Positions 38,741 through 48,072 of a DNA stretch of 64,000 nucleotides are shown here, one piece after another; the stretch's first letter is position 1; every line of letters starts with the position of its first letter. Below the pieces are notes generated by a model. The model saw nothing but the letters and a program-made list of their open reading frames with translations, was not told the DNA's origin and did not search any database. The position numbers and the translations under genes are program-made. The DNA comes from Spirochaetia bacterium (GTDB taxonomy: Bacteria > Spirochaetota > Spirochaetia > DSM-2461), in NCBI GenBank assembly GCA_963668315.1, contig OY764216.1, positions 800,001-864,000 on the forward strand, written 5' to 3'.

Positions 38741-39745
38741 TTATTTCGGTTTACGGCTGGTATTCCGGATCACCAGATCGGGGGTGATCAGTATTCTCCG
38801 CGGTTCCGTATCGGCCCCGTGTATCAGATAATCCAGCAGATCCAGGGCGGCGTGGGCCACGCTGGGGGTTTTCATATCTACCGAACTGAGCCCGTTGCTG
38901 GTGGCCAGTATCGTATTGTCGTGGCTTAACAGGGTAATGTCTTCGGGAACCCGGAATCCGCAGTCCCTTATGGCGTTCAGAGCTCCCACGCCCATAATAT
39001 CGTTACTCGTAAAAACGGCGGAGGGAATATCGCCCTTCTTCAGAACCTTTTTCACGGCTTCATAGGTTACGTCTATCCCCTTTTCATGGTCGACGTGCTC
39101 AAGGGTCAGCACATCCTCCGGGCGGGGAGGGAAGCCGGCTTTCGTCATCTCTTCACGCCAGACCCGCTCTTTCTGTTCAAAGGAGAAACCGAAGTCTCCC
39201 CTGATAAAGAGCTGTCTGCCATGGCCGTCTTCCAGCAGATAACGGGCGGCCCGCCTCATTCCCGCCTCCTGGTCCACCATCACGGCATTGATGTCGTAGA
39301 GTTCCTTGTTTGAATGGACCAGCACGAGAGGGATTCTTTCGGCCAGCTTGTGGAAGAAGTCCGATTCGTAACTCTGCAGGGGAGGATCCTGGAGGATGAG
39401 CCCTTCCACGCCCCGGGCCAGCAGATCGGATATGCTTCTATACTGACCATCGTATGTATCGCTCCGGTTGAGATAGACAAGGATTCCCTTTTCCGCACAC
39501 CGGTCAATAACGGTTTCGGCAAATTCCATGGTGTAATAATTCGTTACACTATGCGTTACAATGGCGAGGGCCTTCTGAGGTGTGCCCAGTGTTCTTTTTG
39601 TCAAATCATCGGGAAGATGGTTCAATTCCCTGATAACGGCCTCAACCTTTTCCCGGGTTTCCTTTTTGACGGGTCCGTTGTTCATTACCCGTGAAACCGT
39701 GGCGGTCGAAACGCCGGATGCTTTAGCTATTTCATTTACAGTCAT
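38741..39745 (-). CDS. LacI-family transcriptional regulator
   Basis: TVNEIAKASGVSTATVSRVMN, RVPEDI, P.LVIR.T. Confidence 0.9.
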   Translation of the reverse strand: MTVNEIAKASGVSTATVSRVMNNGPVKKETREKVEAVIRELNHLPDDLTKRTLGTPQKALAIVTHSVTNYYTMEFAETVIDRCAEKGILVYLNRSDTYDGQYRSISDLLARGVEGLILQDPPLQSYESDFFHKLAERIPLVLVHSNKELYDINAVMVDQEAGMRRAARYLLEDGHGRQLFIRGDFGFSFEQKERVWREEMTKAGFPPRPEDVLTLEHVDHEKGIDVTYEAVKKVLKKGDIPSAVFTSNDIMGVGALNAIRDCGFRVPEDITLLSHDNTILATSNGLSSVDMKTPSVAHAALDLLDYLIHGADTEPRRILITPDLVIRNTSRKPK

Positions 39746-39854
39746 ATAAATACACTCTATTCTATCTATTCTATGTTTTGCTCGGGAGAGCACATTTCAT
39801 TATCTCTTTTTCTGAAGAATCTGTCAAGAATTGGGGAAAATCCTTTTTCAATTA

Positions 39855-39870
39855 ATGTAACGCGTTACAT
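39855..39870. promoter_or_regulatory. Candidate LacI-family operator
   Basis: Perfect 16-bp palindrome ATGTAACGCGTTACAT between divergent lacI-like gene and sugar operon. Confidence 0.7.
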
Positions 39871-39950
39871 AAGATATGAAAAATGTTGCAAAAAAGCTTT
39901 ACAAAATGGAACAAGTGATCTTATACTAAAAAAAGTTAAGGGAGACTGTT

Positions 39951-40874
39951 ATGGATAATATGGCTGTTTCTGTACAGCGGACTTCAAAAAACAAGGGAAG
40001 AGTCAAAAGTCTGGACCGACAGGGATTCGGTGCTTTTCTTTTTCTTATTCCCAGCTTGATCGGCTTTGCCGCTTTTTTCATCGTACCGGCGGTAAGAGGC
40101 GCATTTTTAAGTTTGACCGATTGGGATCTTCTCGGAAAACCGAACTTCGTCGGTCTGGAAAATTACGGGAAGCTGTTAACCGACGGGGAATTCTGGAATT
40201 CCATGCTGGTGACGGTGAAGTATGTTTTCTGGAATATCCCTCTTCAGACAATCCTGGCACTTGCCATCGCCCTTGTTATGGACAGGGTTACCAAATCAAA
40301 TGTTTTTCGAGGCGTGATTCTGATTCCCTGGCTGCTGCCCAATGTGGTCGTGGCCCTTCTCTGGCTCTGGCTGCTCGATCCGGCGGTAGGCGTCATCAAC
40401 AGCACGGTCCAGAGCTGGGGATGGAAGCCGATAAACTTCCTTACTTCCACGGAACTGGCTCTGCCCTCCATCGCGGGGATCAATATCTGGCGACACATGG
40501 GTTACACGGCCCTTATCGTTTTTGCCGGACTTCAGGGAATCCCCCGGGAAGTGGAGGAGGCGGCCTTGATAGACGGGGCCTCTCCATGGACCAGATTTAC
40601 GAAGATTATTCTGCCCTATCTGCGACCGGTTCTGGCCTTCGTTATTATAACGTCGGTCATCGGCTCCTTCCAGATTTACGATACGGTCGCCATTACGACA
40701 AAGGGCGGACCTATCACGGCGACCTACGTCATCTATCTTTTCATCTATAAAAACGGATTTGAGAGTTACCTGATGGGGTATGCCACGGCGGCGTCTATGG
40801 TTCTGTTCGCTATTCTCATGGGAGTCAGCTTCCTTCAGATGAGAATCATGCGGGCCAGCGAAAGCGATTTTTAA
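39951..40874 (+). CDS. Carbohydrate ABC transporter permease
   Basis: FVGLENY, EEAALIDGA, MGYATA. Confidence 0.9.
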   Translation: MDNMAVSVQRTSKNKGRVKSLDRQGFGAFLFLIPSLIGFAAFFIVPAVRGAFLSLTDWDLLGKPNFVGLENYGKLLTDGEFWNSMLVTVKYVFWNIPLQTILALAIALVMDRVTKSNVFRGVILIPWLLPNVVVALLWLWLLDPAVGVINSTVQSWGWKPINFLTSTELALPSIAGINIWRHMGYTALIVFAGLQGIPREVEEAALIDGASPWTRFTKIILPYLRPVLAFVIITSVIGSFQIYDTVAITTKGGPITATYVIYLFIYKNGFESYLMGYATAASMVLFAILMGVSFLQMRIMRASESDF

Positions 40875-40895
40875 TCGGCAGGACAGGAGAAAAGA

Positions 40896-41798
40896 ATGGC
40901 AAATTCAAAGAGTATGGCTAATCATAATACCAAGTTATCCAAGGGGATTCTCTGGGCGCTTATCGTCCTGCTCCTTGTGGTGACCCTTTTTCCCTTCTTC
41001 TGGGTTTTCAGGACTTCCCTGACCCCGAAGAATCTGATTTTTACCGAACCGACGGCGATATTCCCCTCGGTCAGAACATGGACCCATTACGGACGCGTCC
41101 TGGGGCTTATAGACAAGGCGCGGGCCATTGAGCTGGGCGGAACAGGGCAGTCGGTGAACTTCGGACTGAACATCGTCAATTCCTTTATTGTGGCCATAGG
41201 GGTGACCATCTTTCAGGTTCTCTTCTCTTCCATGGCCGCCTTTGCCTTTGCCCGGCTGAAGTTCCGGTTCAGAGAGACCCTTTTCGCCTTGTATGTTTCC
41301 ACCCTGATGATTCCCGGCATCGTCATGATGCTTCCCAACTTCGTTCTGATCAAGGATCTGAGACTGCTGAATACCTATCTGGGGATCATGGCCCCCACCC
41401 TGCTTATGACCCCCTTCGCCGTATTCTTTCTCAGGCAGTTCATGCTGGGTATTAATAAGGAACTGGAGGAAGCGGCCTTTCTGGACGGAGCCGGCCTGGG
41501 GAGAACGTTCTGGGAAATTATCGTTCCCCTCTGTACCAATGCCATGATGACCCTGGCCGTCATCACGTTCATAAGCACGTGGAACGATTATATGTGGCCC
41601 CTTATCGTGGGCAAGAAAGAGGAAATACGCACTCTGACCGTCGCTCTGGGGATCTTCCGTCTTCAGACACCCCAGGGACAGCCTGACTGGGGCGGCATGA
41701 TGGCCGGAGCGACATTGGCCATGATCCCCACGCTGGGAATCCTGATCGCCTTCGGCAAAAGGATCGTCAATTCCATCGGTTTTTCCGGCTTTCGCTAG
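40896..41798 (+). CDS. Carbohydrate ABC transporter permease
   Basis: AFAFARL.F, ELEEAAFLDGA, WNDYMWP. Confidence 0.9.
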   Translation: MANSKSMANHNTKLSKGILWALIVLLLVVTLFPFFWVFRTSLTPKNLIFTEPTAIFPSVRTWTHYGRVLGLIDKARAIELGGTGQSVNFGLNIVNSFIVAIGVTIFQVLFSSMAAFAFARLKFRFRETLFALYVSTLMIPGIVMMLPNFVLIKDLRLLNTYLGIMAPTLLMTPFAVFFLRQFMLGINKELEEAAFLDGAGLGRTFWEIIVPLCTNAMMTLAVITFISTWNDYMWPLIVGKKEEIRTLTVALGIFRLQTPQGQPDWGGMMAGATLAMIPTLGILIAFGKRIVNSIGFSGFR

Positions 41799-41871
41799 GA
41801 ACACCGGAACATAACGGATTTACTGCTTCCCCTCGGGGAGGCTGGAAATAAAGAATTAAAGGAGTTTTACA

Positions 41872-43197
41872 ATGAAGAAGCAGATTTTAATCATTCTGTT
41901 AGCGGTTTGCCTCGCCTTAACCGCATGGGCCAACGGTTCCGGTGAAGACACATCGGGTCCCGTGACGATTCAGTATGTATTGTGGGATGCCAACCAGCTG
42001 CCCGCCTATGAGCAGTGCGCTCAGGATTTCATGGCGGCCAATCCGGATATCAAAGTGGAAATAACTCAGATGGGCTGGGGAGATTACTGGACCGGCCTGC
42101 AAACCGATATGGTGGGCGGAACGGCAGCCGATGTCTTTACGAACCACCTGGCCAAATACCCCGATTTCGCCGCCAAAGGCCAGCTGGTCGACCTCTCTTC
42201 TTATATCAAAAGGGACAATTTGGACACGTCTATCTATATGAACGGGCTGGACGGACTCTGGGCCACCAAGTCGGGCGAGCGCTACGGCCTTCCCAAAGAC
42301 TGGGACACCATTGCCGTTGTCTACAACCAGGAGATGATCGAAGCCGCCGGATATACCGCCGAAGAGGCCGGCAGCCTGACCTGGAACAGCCGTGACGGCG
42401 GGTCCTTCGAGAAGTTCATCGCCGCCCTTTCCGTTGATGAGAAAGGCAGAAACGGCCTTGACCCCAACTTCGATTCGGAGAACGTGGCCTGCTACGGTCT
42501 GGCCCTCAACCATTTCGACGACCGCGGTCAGGCGCAGTTCAGCCCCATGGCCGTCAGCAATAACTGGATGTATACCGACGGTCTTTACGACAGCAACTAC
42601 CACTTCGACGATCCCAAGTTCATCGATACGATTGAGTGGTTCGTAGGATTGATGGACAAGGGTTTCATGGCCCCCTACGAGATGACCGCCAACGGCGCCA
42701 ACCCCCTCTTTACCTCCCGCCAGGCGGCCACGGTCTTTGACGGCTCCTGGATGATCGGCTACTACTCCTCCAGTTCCGAGTTCCCCGTGGGATTCGCCAA
42801 AATGCCTGCCGGGCCCGACGGTGTGAAAAGCATGACCAATGGTCTCGCCGATTCCATCTGGGTCGGATCGAAGCATAAGGAGCAGGCATGGCAGTGGGTT
42901 AAGTATCTGGCTTCCGCCGAGGCTCAGAACACCGTGGGGACCTTCGGCGTTGTCTTCCCCGCCATCGAGTCGGGAGTTGCGAATGCCCTGGCCGCCTATG
43001 AAGCCAAAGGTCTGGACGTTTCGGCCTTTACCGAAGAAGCGACGACACCGGGAGAGACCTTCGTCTACCCCATCGTTGACAACGGCGTTAAGATCAGCGA
43101 GATAATGACGCAGACTTTCGACAGTATCTTTCTGGGCGTTTCATCTCCCGAAGCGGCGTTGAAAGACGCGAATAAGAGAATCCTCGATCTTTTCTAA
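41872..43197 (+). CDS. Sugar ABC transporter substrate-binding protein
   Basis: WANGSGE signal, YGLPKD, YN..M, AW.WVKYL. Confidence 0.9.
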   Translation: MKKQILIILLAVCLALTAWANGSGEDTSGPVTIQYVLWDANQLPAYEQCAQDFMAANPDIKVEITQMGWGDYWTGLQTDMVGGTAADVFTNHLAKYPDFAAKGQLVDLSSYIKRDNLDTSIYMNGLDGLWATKSGERYGLPKDWDTIAVVYNQEMIEAAGYTAEEAGSLTWNSRDGGSFEKFIAALSVDEKGRNGLDPNFDSENVACYGLALNHFDDRGQAQFSPMAVSNNWMYTDGLYDSNYHFDDPKFIDTIEWFVGLMDKGFMAPYEMTANGANPLFTSRQAATVFDGSWMIGYYSSSSEFPVGFAKMPAGPDGVKSMTNGLADSIWVGSKHKEQAWQWVKYLASAEAQNTVGTFGVVFPAIESGVANALAAYEAKGLDVSAFTEEATTPGETFVYPIVDNGVKISEIMTQTFDSIFLGVSSPEAALKDANKRILDLF

Positions 43198-43216
43198 AAA
43201 AAGGGATATGCTGAGG

Positions 43217-43240
43217 AAGACCAGCCATGGGGCTGGTCTT
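43217..43240 (+). terminator. Stem-loop after binding-protein gene
   Basis: AAGACCAGCC-ATGG-GGCTGGTCTT. Confidence 0.6.
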
Positions 43241-43269
43241 TCTGCTAATAGAATAAGGAGATTGACCAA

Positions 43270-45459
43270 ATGAGCATTGAATATATCGATTCGAAAAAAC
43301 TGTTCCACCTTAAGACCCCCGGCTCAAGTTATTTTATAGAGTTGGTAAAAAACCGCTATCTTATCCACCTGGGATGGTTCGGAGCCTTCCGCCAATGGGG
43401 AGGCAGCGGTGACATTCAATATTTCGACCGGTCATTTTCCCCCAACCCCGAAAGACTGGACCGGACTTTCTCCCTGGACAGTATCCCCCTGGAGTACGGT
43501 GTCTGGGGCCGCACGGATCTGAGGGCCCCCGCCCTGCAGGTTCAGTATGCCGACGGAAGCACCTCGGCGGAACTGCTCTACCGGGAACACTCCCTCTTCG
43601 CCGGGAAAAAGCCTCTGGCCGGATTGCCGTCAGTCTATGTGGAAAATGATTCCGAGGCCGATACTCTTGTTATCACCCTGGAGGATGAACTGACCGGGCT
43701 TCTCTGCGATCTGACCTATACGGTCTTCCGGGACCGGGACGTGATCAGCCGCCATGTCCGCTTGAGAAACGAAGGAAAGGAGAAGGTTCGTATAAAGAAG
43801 ATCATGAGCCTCTGCGTGGATTTTGATTCGTCCGATTACCGTATGCTCCAGCTTTCCGGAGCCCATAACCGGGAGCGCCATATCCATATGCGCCCTCTTT
43901 TTCCCGGGACCCAGTCGGTGGAGAGCCGGCGGGGAACGAGCAGCCATCAGCAGAACCCGTTTTTGGCCCTGGTGTCCGGGGACGCCGGAGAGGATTACGG
44001 AACGGTTTTCGGTTTCAGCTTGGTTTACAGCGGCAATTTTCTGGCTTCCGTTGATGTGGACCAGTTCGACTCGACCCGGGTTCTGATGGGCATAAACCCT
44101 TTCGATTTCGAATGGAACCTGGAACCGGGTGAGGAGTTTCAAACCCCCGAGGCGGTGATGGTAAGGAGCGATGAGGGGCTGGGCGGTATGTCGCGCACCT
44201 ATCACGATCTCTATAAAACCCGCCTGTGTCGGGGAACATACCGCGACAAGGCCCGCCCCATACTCATCAATAACTGGGAAGCCACCTATTTTGACTTTGA
44301 TTCGGAAACGATTTTGAATCTGGCCGGGGAAGCCAGCCGGCTCGGCATCGAGCTCTTTGTTCTGGATGACGGCTGGTTCGGCGAGAGGGATGACGATTTA
44401 ACCTCCCTGGGCGACTGGTTTCCCCACGGCAAAAAACTTCCCGGGGGAATCAAGCCTCTGGCCGACGGAATAATAGCCAAGGGGATGAAATTCGGTATCT
44501 GGTTCGAGCCGGAGATGATTTCCGAGAAGAGCCGCCTTTACGAAAGCCATCCCGAATGGTGTATCCAGGTGAAGGGCAGAAAGCTCTCTTCGGGACGGTC
44601 TCAGCTGATTCTGGATTATACCCGCTCCGACGTGCGGGATTATATCGTCGAGACCCTTTCTTCCCATTTGAGGGATAACCCCATCTCCTATGTGAAATGG
44701 GATATGAACCGCCATTTTACCGAAGTGGGCTCTCTGGAGCTGCCGGCGGAAAGGCAGAGGGAGACGGCCCACCGCTTTGTCCTGGGACTTTATGATGTGC
44801 TGGAACGGCTTACATCGGCCTTTCCCGATGTGCTTTTCGAAAGCTGCTCCGGCGGGGGCGGACGGTTTGATCCGGGCATGCTCTACTACATGCCCCAGAC
44901 CTGGACCAGCGATAATACCGATGCCGTTTCCCGTCTGGCTGTCCAGTCGGGAACCGCCATGGTCTATCCCCCCCTGACCATGGGCTCCCACGTTTCGGCC
45001 GTGCCCAACCACCAGACGGGCCGGACGATTTCGCTGAAAACGCGGGGCGCCGTGGCCATGGGCGGCAATTTCGGTTATGAACTAAATCTTCTGGACCTGG
45101 GGGATGAGGAAAAGGAGGGGATCCGCCGGCAGATAGAGACCTATAAAAAACGCCGATTCCTCACCGTGGAGGGTCTTCATTACCGCCTGATTGATCCCTG
45201 GAAAAACACGGACCGCTACGCATGGATGACCGTGTCCCGGGATAAGAAGGATGCTCTGGCCGTCTTTGTTTCGGTCCATACCGAATCAAATCACCCCTAT
45301 GGGACTCTCAGGCTGAAAGGTCTGGACAGGGACCTCAGCTATTCGGTAAACGGACTCGGCAGGTTCGGCGGCGATGAGCTGATGGAGGCGGGCGTCAAGC
45401 TGCCCTATCCCCTGGGCGAGGCGGAAGCCCATGAGTTCTATCTGAAGGCCGTGGAATAA
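43270..45459 (+). CDS. Alpha-galactosidase, GH36
   Basis: NNWEATYFDF, LFVLDDGWFG, FGIWFEPEM, YVKWDMNR, CSGGGGRFD, WTSDNTD. Confidence 0.95.
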   Translation: MSIEYIDSKKLFHLKTPGSSYFIELVKNRYLIHLGWFGAFRQWGGSGDIQYFDRSFSPNPERLDRTFSLDSIPLEYGVWGRTDLRAPALQVQYADGSTSAELLYREHSLFAGKKPLAGLPSVYVENDSEADTLVITLEDELTGLLCDLTYTVFRDRDVISRHVRLRNEGKEKVRIKKIMSLCVDFDSSDYRMLQLSGAHNRERHIHMRPLFPGTQSVESRRGTSSHQQNPFLALVSGDAGEDYGTVFGFSLVYSGNFLASVDVDQFDSTRVLMGINPFDFEWNLEPGEEFQTPEAVMVRSDEGLGGMSRTYHDLYKTRLCRGTYRDKARPILINNWEATYFDFDSETILNLAGEASRLGIELFVLDDGWFGERDDDLTSLGDWFPHGKKLPGGIKPLADGIIAKGMKFGIWFEPEMISEKSRLYESHPEWCIQVKGRKLSSGRSQLILDYTRSDVRDYIVETLSSHLRDNPISYVKWDMNRHFTEVGSLELPAERQRETAHRFVLGLYDVLERLTSAFPDVLFESCSGGGGRFDPGMLYYMPQTWTSDNTDAVSRLAVQSGTAMVYPPLTMGSHVSAVPNHQTGRTISLKTRGAVAMGGNFGYELNLLDLGDEEKEGIRRQIETYKKRRFLTVEGLHYRLIDPWKNTDRYAWMTVSRDKKDALAVFVSVHTESNHPYGTLRLKGLDRDLSYSVNGLGRFGGDELMEAGVKLPYPLGEAEAHEFYLKAVE

Positions 45460-45499
45460 CGCTCTTGCCAATAGGCCCGGCGGCAGGTATCATGGCTCC

Positions 45500-46441
45500 A
45501 TGGAACTGATTGAAAATATCCGCCGGAACCTGGAATCCCTGTCTCTGCCCCTGACGGAGCAGGGCCTTCCCGGCGAGCCCTGCCGTTTGCTTATGCTTCC
45601 CGGCGTTCTGAATCTGGATTACTATCCGCCCCTCCTTTTCATGACTACCTACCGGCCTTTCTGCGGCTGTGAGCTGGATGAATCGATTGAAGCGCTCAGT
45701 CTGGCTTACCCAACGTGCGGCCTTCTTGTTCAGGACCGCTCCTCCCGTCCCTATCAGGTCCTTCTGGAAAAGGGGGATATTCCCGAGGAATTCGTCATCA
45801 CAGAAGGGGGGCTGGAGTTTTACCTGCAGCCCCGCAGGGGGCAGAACCCCGGATTCTTTATCGACATGCGGGACGGACGCAGCCTGATAAGAACGATTGT
45901 GGCCGGGCGGGAGGAGGAGTCCGTTTCGGTCCTGAATCTCTTTGCCTATACCTGTTCCCTCTCTGTTACGGCACTGGCGGCCGGGGCGGAAAAGGTCGTG
46001 AACATCGACATGAATAAGAACTCCCTGAACCTGGGAAAAAGAAATCACCGGCTCAATCACAGCCGTATTCCCGGGGGCTTTACGAATCAGGCCCAGTTCC
46101 TGGCGCACGATATTTTCAAATCCTTCGGCAAACTGCGCCGAGAAGGGCCCTACTCCCTTATCATCGCCGATCCGCCTCCCAGCCAGAAGGGGAGTTTTGA
46201 TCTGAAAAAGGACTATCCCCGGCTGCTCCGGAAACTCCCCGAAATGCTGAAGCCCGACGGCGAGATGATCCTGACCCTGAATTCCCCCGAATCCGATTGG
46301 GACGATTTTGAAGCCCTGGTTTCCCCGTGTCTGCCGGAAGATTTCGGGACGGAGCGTGTTCAGCCCCCCGCGGACTTCATGCCCCGGGATGAGGGGAGGG
46401 GGCTGAAGCTGCTCCGCGTCAGGAGGAATCGGGACAACTAA
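45500..46441 (+). CDS. Class I SAM-dependent methyltransferase, RlmI/RlmK-like catalytic domain
   Basis: QNPGFFIDMR, VLNLFAYT, DPP; upstream TTGCCA-17-TATCAT-6-ATG. Confidence 0.8.
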   Translation: MELIENIRRNLESLSLPLTEQGLPGEPCRLLMLPGVLNLDYYPPLLFMTTYRPFCGCELDESIEALSLAYPTCGLLVQDRSSRPYQVLLEKGDIPEEFVITEGGLEFYLQPRRGQNPGFFIDMRDGRSLIRTIVAGREEESVSVLNLFAYTCSLSVTALAAGAEKVVNIDMNKNSLNLGKRNHRLNHSRIPGGFTNQAQFLAHDIFKSFGKLRREGPYSLIIADPPPSQKGSFDLKKDYPRLLRKLPEMLKPDGEMILTLNSPESDWDDFEALVSPCLPEDFGTERVQPPADFMPRDEGRGLKLLRVRRNRDN

Positions 46442-46492
46442 CCCTGGACAAAGGACTATCCCGTGTTATTATTTTAACAGGGAGAAGGAAAT

Positions 46493-47233
46493 ATGGATTT
46501 TTCAGGGAAAAGTGTAATCGTAACCGGGGGTGGAACGGGCGTCGGACGTGCCGTTAGCCTGTTATTGGCCCGGAAGGGGGCATCGGTGGCCGTTGTCTAT
46601 TCAAAGAGCCGGGAGGAAGCGGAGGGGACTGTCCGTGATATTGCCGGCCAGGGAGGCAGGGGCATTGCCCTTAAGGCCGATGTGGCCGACGACGGTCAGG
46701 TCAGGCGCATGGTGGATACCGTGGCGGAGACGTTCGGCTCTGTCGATTTTCTGGTGAATAATGCGGGCATCACGCGGAAACTCCCCTTTGAAGATCTGGA
46801 ACTGATCACCGATGAACTGTGGAGTCTTCTCTTCTCGGTCAATGTGCAGGGGGCGTTTCACTGCGCCCGGGCCGCCGCTCCCCATATGAGAAAAGCCGGC
46901 GGCGGTGGCATTGTCAATATCGGGAGCACCGCCGGTCTGACCGGCCGCGGTTCTTGCCTGGCCTATGCAGTCTCGAAATCGGCCGTGCATGGGCTGACCA
47001 AATCCCTGGCCCACGCCCTCTGTCCGGAAATACGGGTGAATTGCGTCGTGCCCGGCGGGATCGATACCCGGTGGTGGGGAGATGACGAGGCTGCCAAGAA
47101 AGCCGTTGCGGAAAGCCTGCCCCTGGGACGTATTGCTCCGCCCGAAGATATTGCCGAGCTGGTTCTGGCCCTTCTGGCGAACCGTTCCATGACGGGAAAA
47201 TTCGTAGTGGCCGACAACGGACAGACTCTGTAG
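46493..47233 (+). CDS. Short-chain dehydrogenase/reductase
   Basis: TGGGTGVG, NNAG, YAVSK. Confidence 0.9.
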   Translation: MDFSGKSVIVTGGGTGVGRAVSLLLARKGASVAVVYSKSREEAEGTVRDIAGQGGRGIALKADVADDGQVRRMVDTVAETFGSVDFLVNNAGITRKLPFEDLELITDELWSLLFSVNVQGAFHCARAAAPHMRKAGGGGIVNIGSTAGLTGRGSCLAYAVSKSAVHGLTKSLAHALCPEIRVNCVVPGGIDTRWWGDDEAAKKAVAESLPLGRIAPPEDIAELVLALLANRSMTGKFVVADNGQTL

Positions 47234-47260
47234 TCAGATCCGGCAGCTATCCTTTTTTTC

Positions 47261-47935
47261 TCAGCAGAGGGCCGGGGCGTAGACGATATTTTTCTCTTCC
47301 AGAACCCGTTCCAGATAGAAGACGGTTCTGTCCACGAAATCTTCCATCTCCTGGAGGCTGAGAAAGGTGTACTCCCTTTCCAGGTCTTCCGGCGGATGGG
47401 AATAGAAGTCATAGATGAATTTCACCTGTCTGGTGATGGCTCCCCGGGGGAAGTAGGCCAGGTAGTTGGGGAAACTCTTAACCCTGGGGAAAATCTTGAA
47501 CAGCAGGCTGTCCCGGTGGTCCCTGAAGTAGAGATGATCCAGGTCGTACCAGTCTTTTTTAATCGTCCTTATAAACGTCCGGTCCTTTCGAAGCGGATAG
47601 TAACGGATATCCCTGACCCGTTTTCTGTCAATCAGCTTTTTCCACTCCCTGTCGACAAGAAGATGGATATAGTAGCCGATGAGAAAGGAGCGTTTCTCCC
47701 TGTCTCCCACCCTGTCGGAAAGGTAGGTGTCATAGAACCGGTCGGGATAAATCTTCCCGATTCCCCTGTCTATCCAGTGTGAAATGCGTTTCGGAGGGGT
47801 GAACTGGGACCAATCGCTGTTGGGTTCTCCGCAGTCCGGCCCTATGTTTCCCACAAGGAATTTTTCGTAGTCCAGGTCGTAGTCTTTATTCAGTAATTCC
47901 TCAGCCACTCTTATGTGTAAGCCCCAGGTAGCCAT
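47261..47935 (-). CDS. Zinc-dependent phospholipase C-like protein
   Basis: N-terminal W..H, G...PD, GYY.HL..D. Confidence 0.7.
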   Translation of the reverse strand: MATWGLHIRVAEELLNKDYDLDYEKFLVGNIGPDCGEPNSDWSQFTPPKRISHWIDRGIGKIYPDRFYDTYLSDRVGDREKRSFLIGYYIHLLVDREWKKLIDRKRVRDIRYYPLRKDRTFIRTIKKDWYDLDHLYFRDHRDSLLFKIFPRVKSFPNYLAYFPRGAITRQVKFIYDFYSHPPEDLEREYTFLSLQEMEDFVDRTVFYLERVLEEKNIVYAPALC

Positions 47936-48072
47936 GAATAATTTCTCCCAAGATCTTTTGGACCTTAATATAGCGCCCTTTTAAATAATAAACAGAATAT
48001 AATTTAATTTTAACAATTCTGCCGTCGGTCTGGCAGCCGGCCCTCTTTTCTGAGAGTACCGGCCGGAGCATC

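Noticed and set aside
39756..39775. CTATTCTAT short tandem repeat upstream of lacI
   Set aside because: Two copies in AT-rich DNA; could arise by chance
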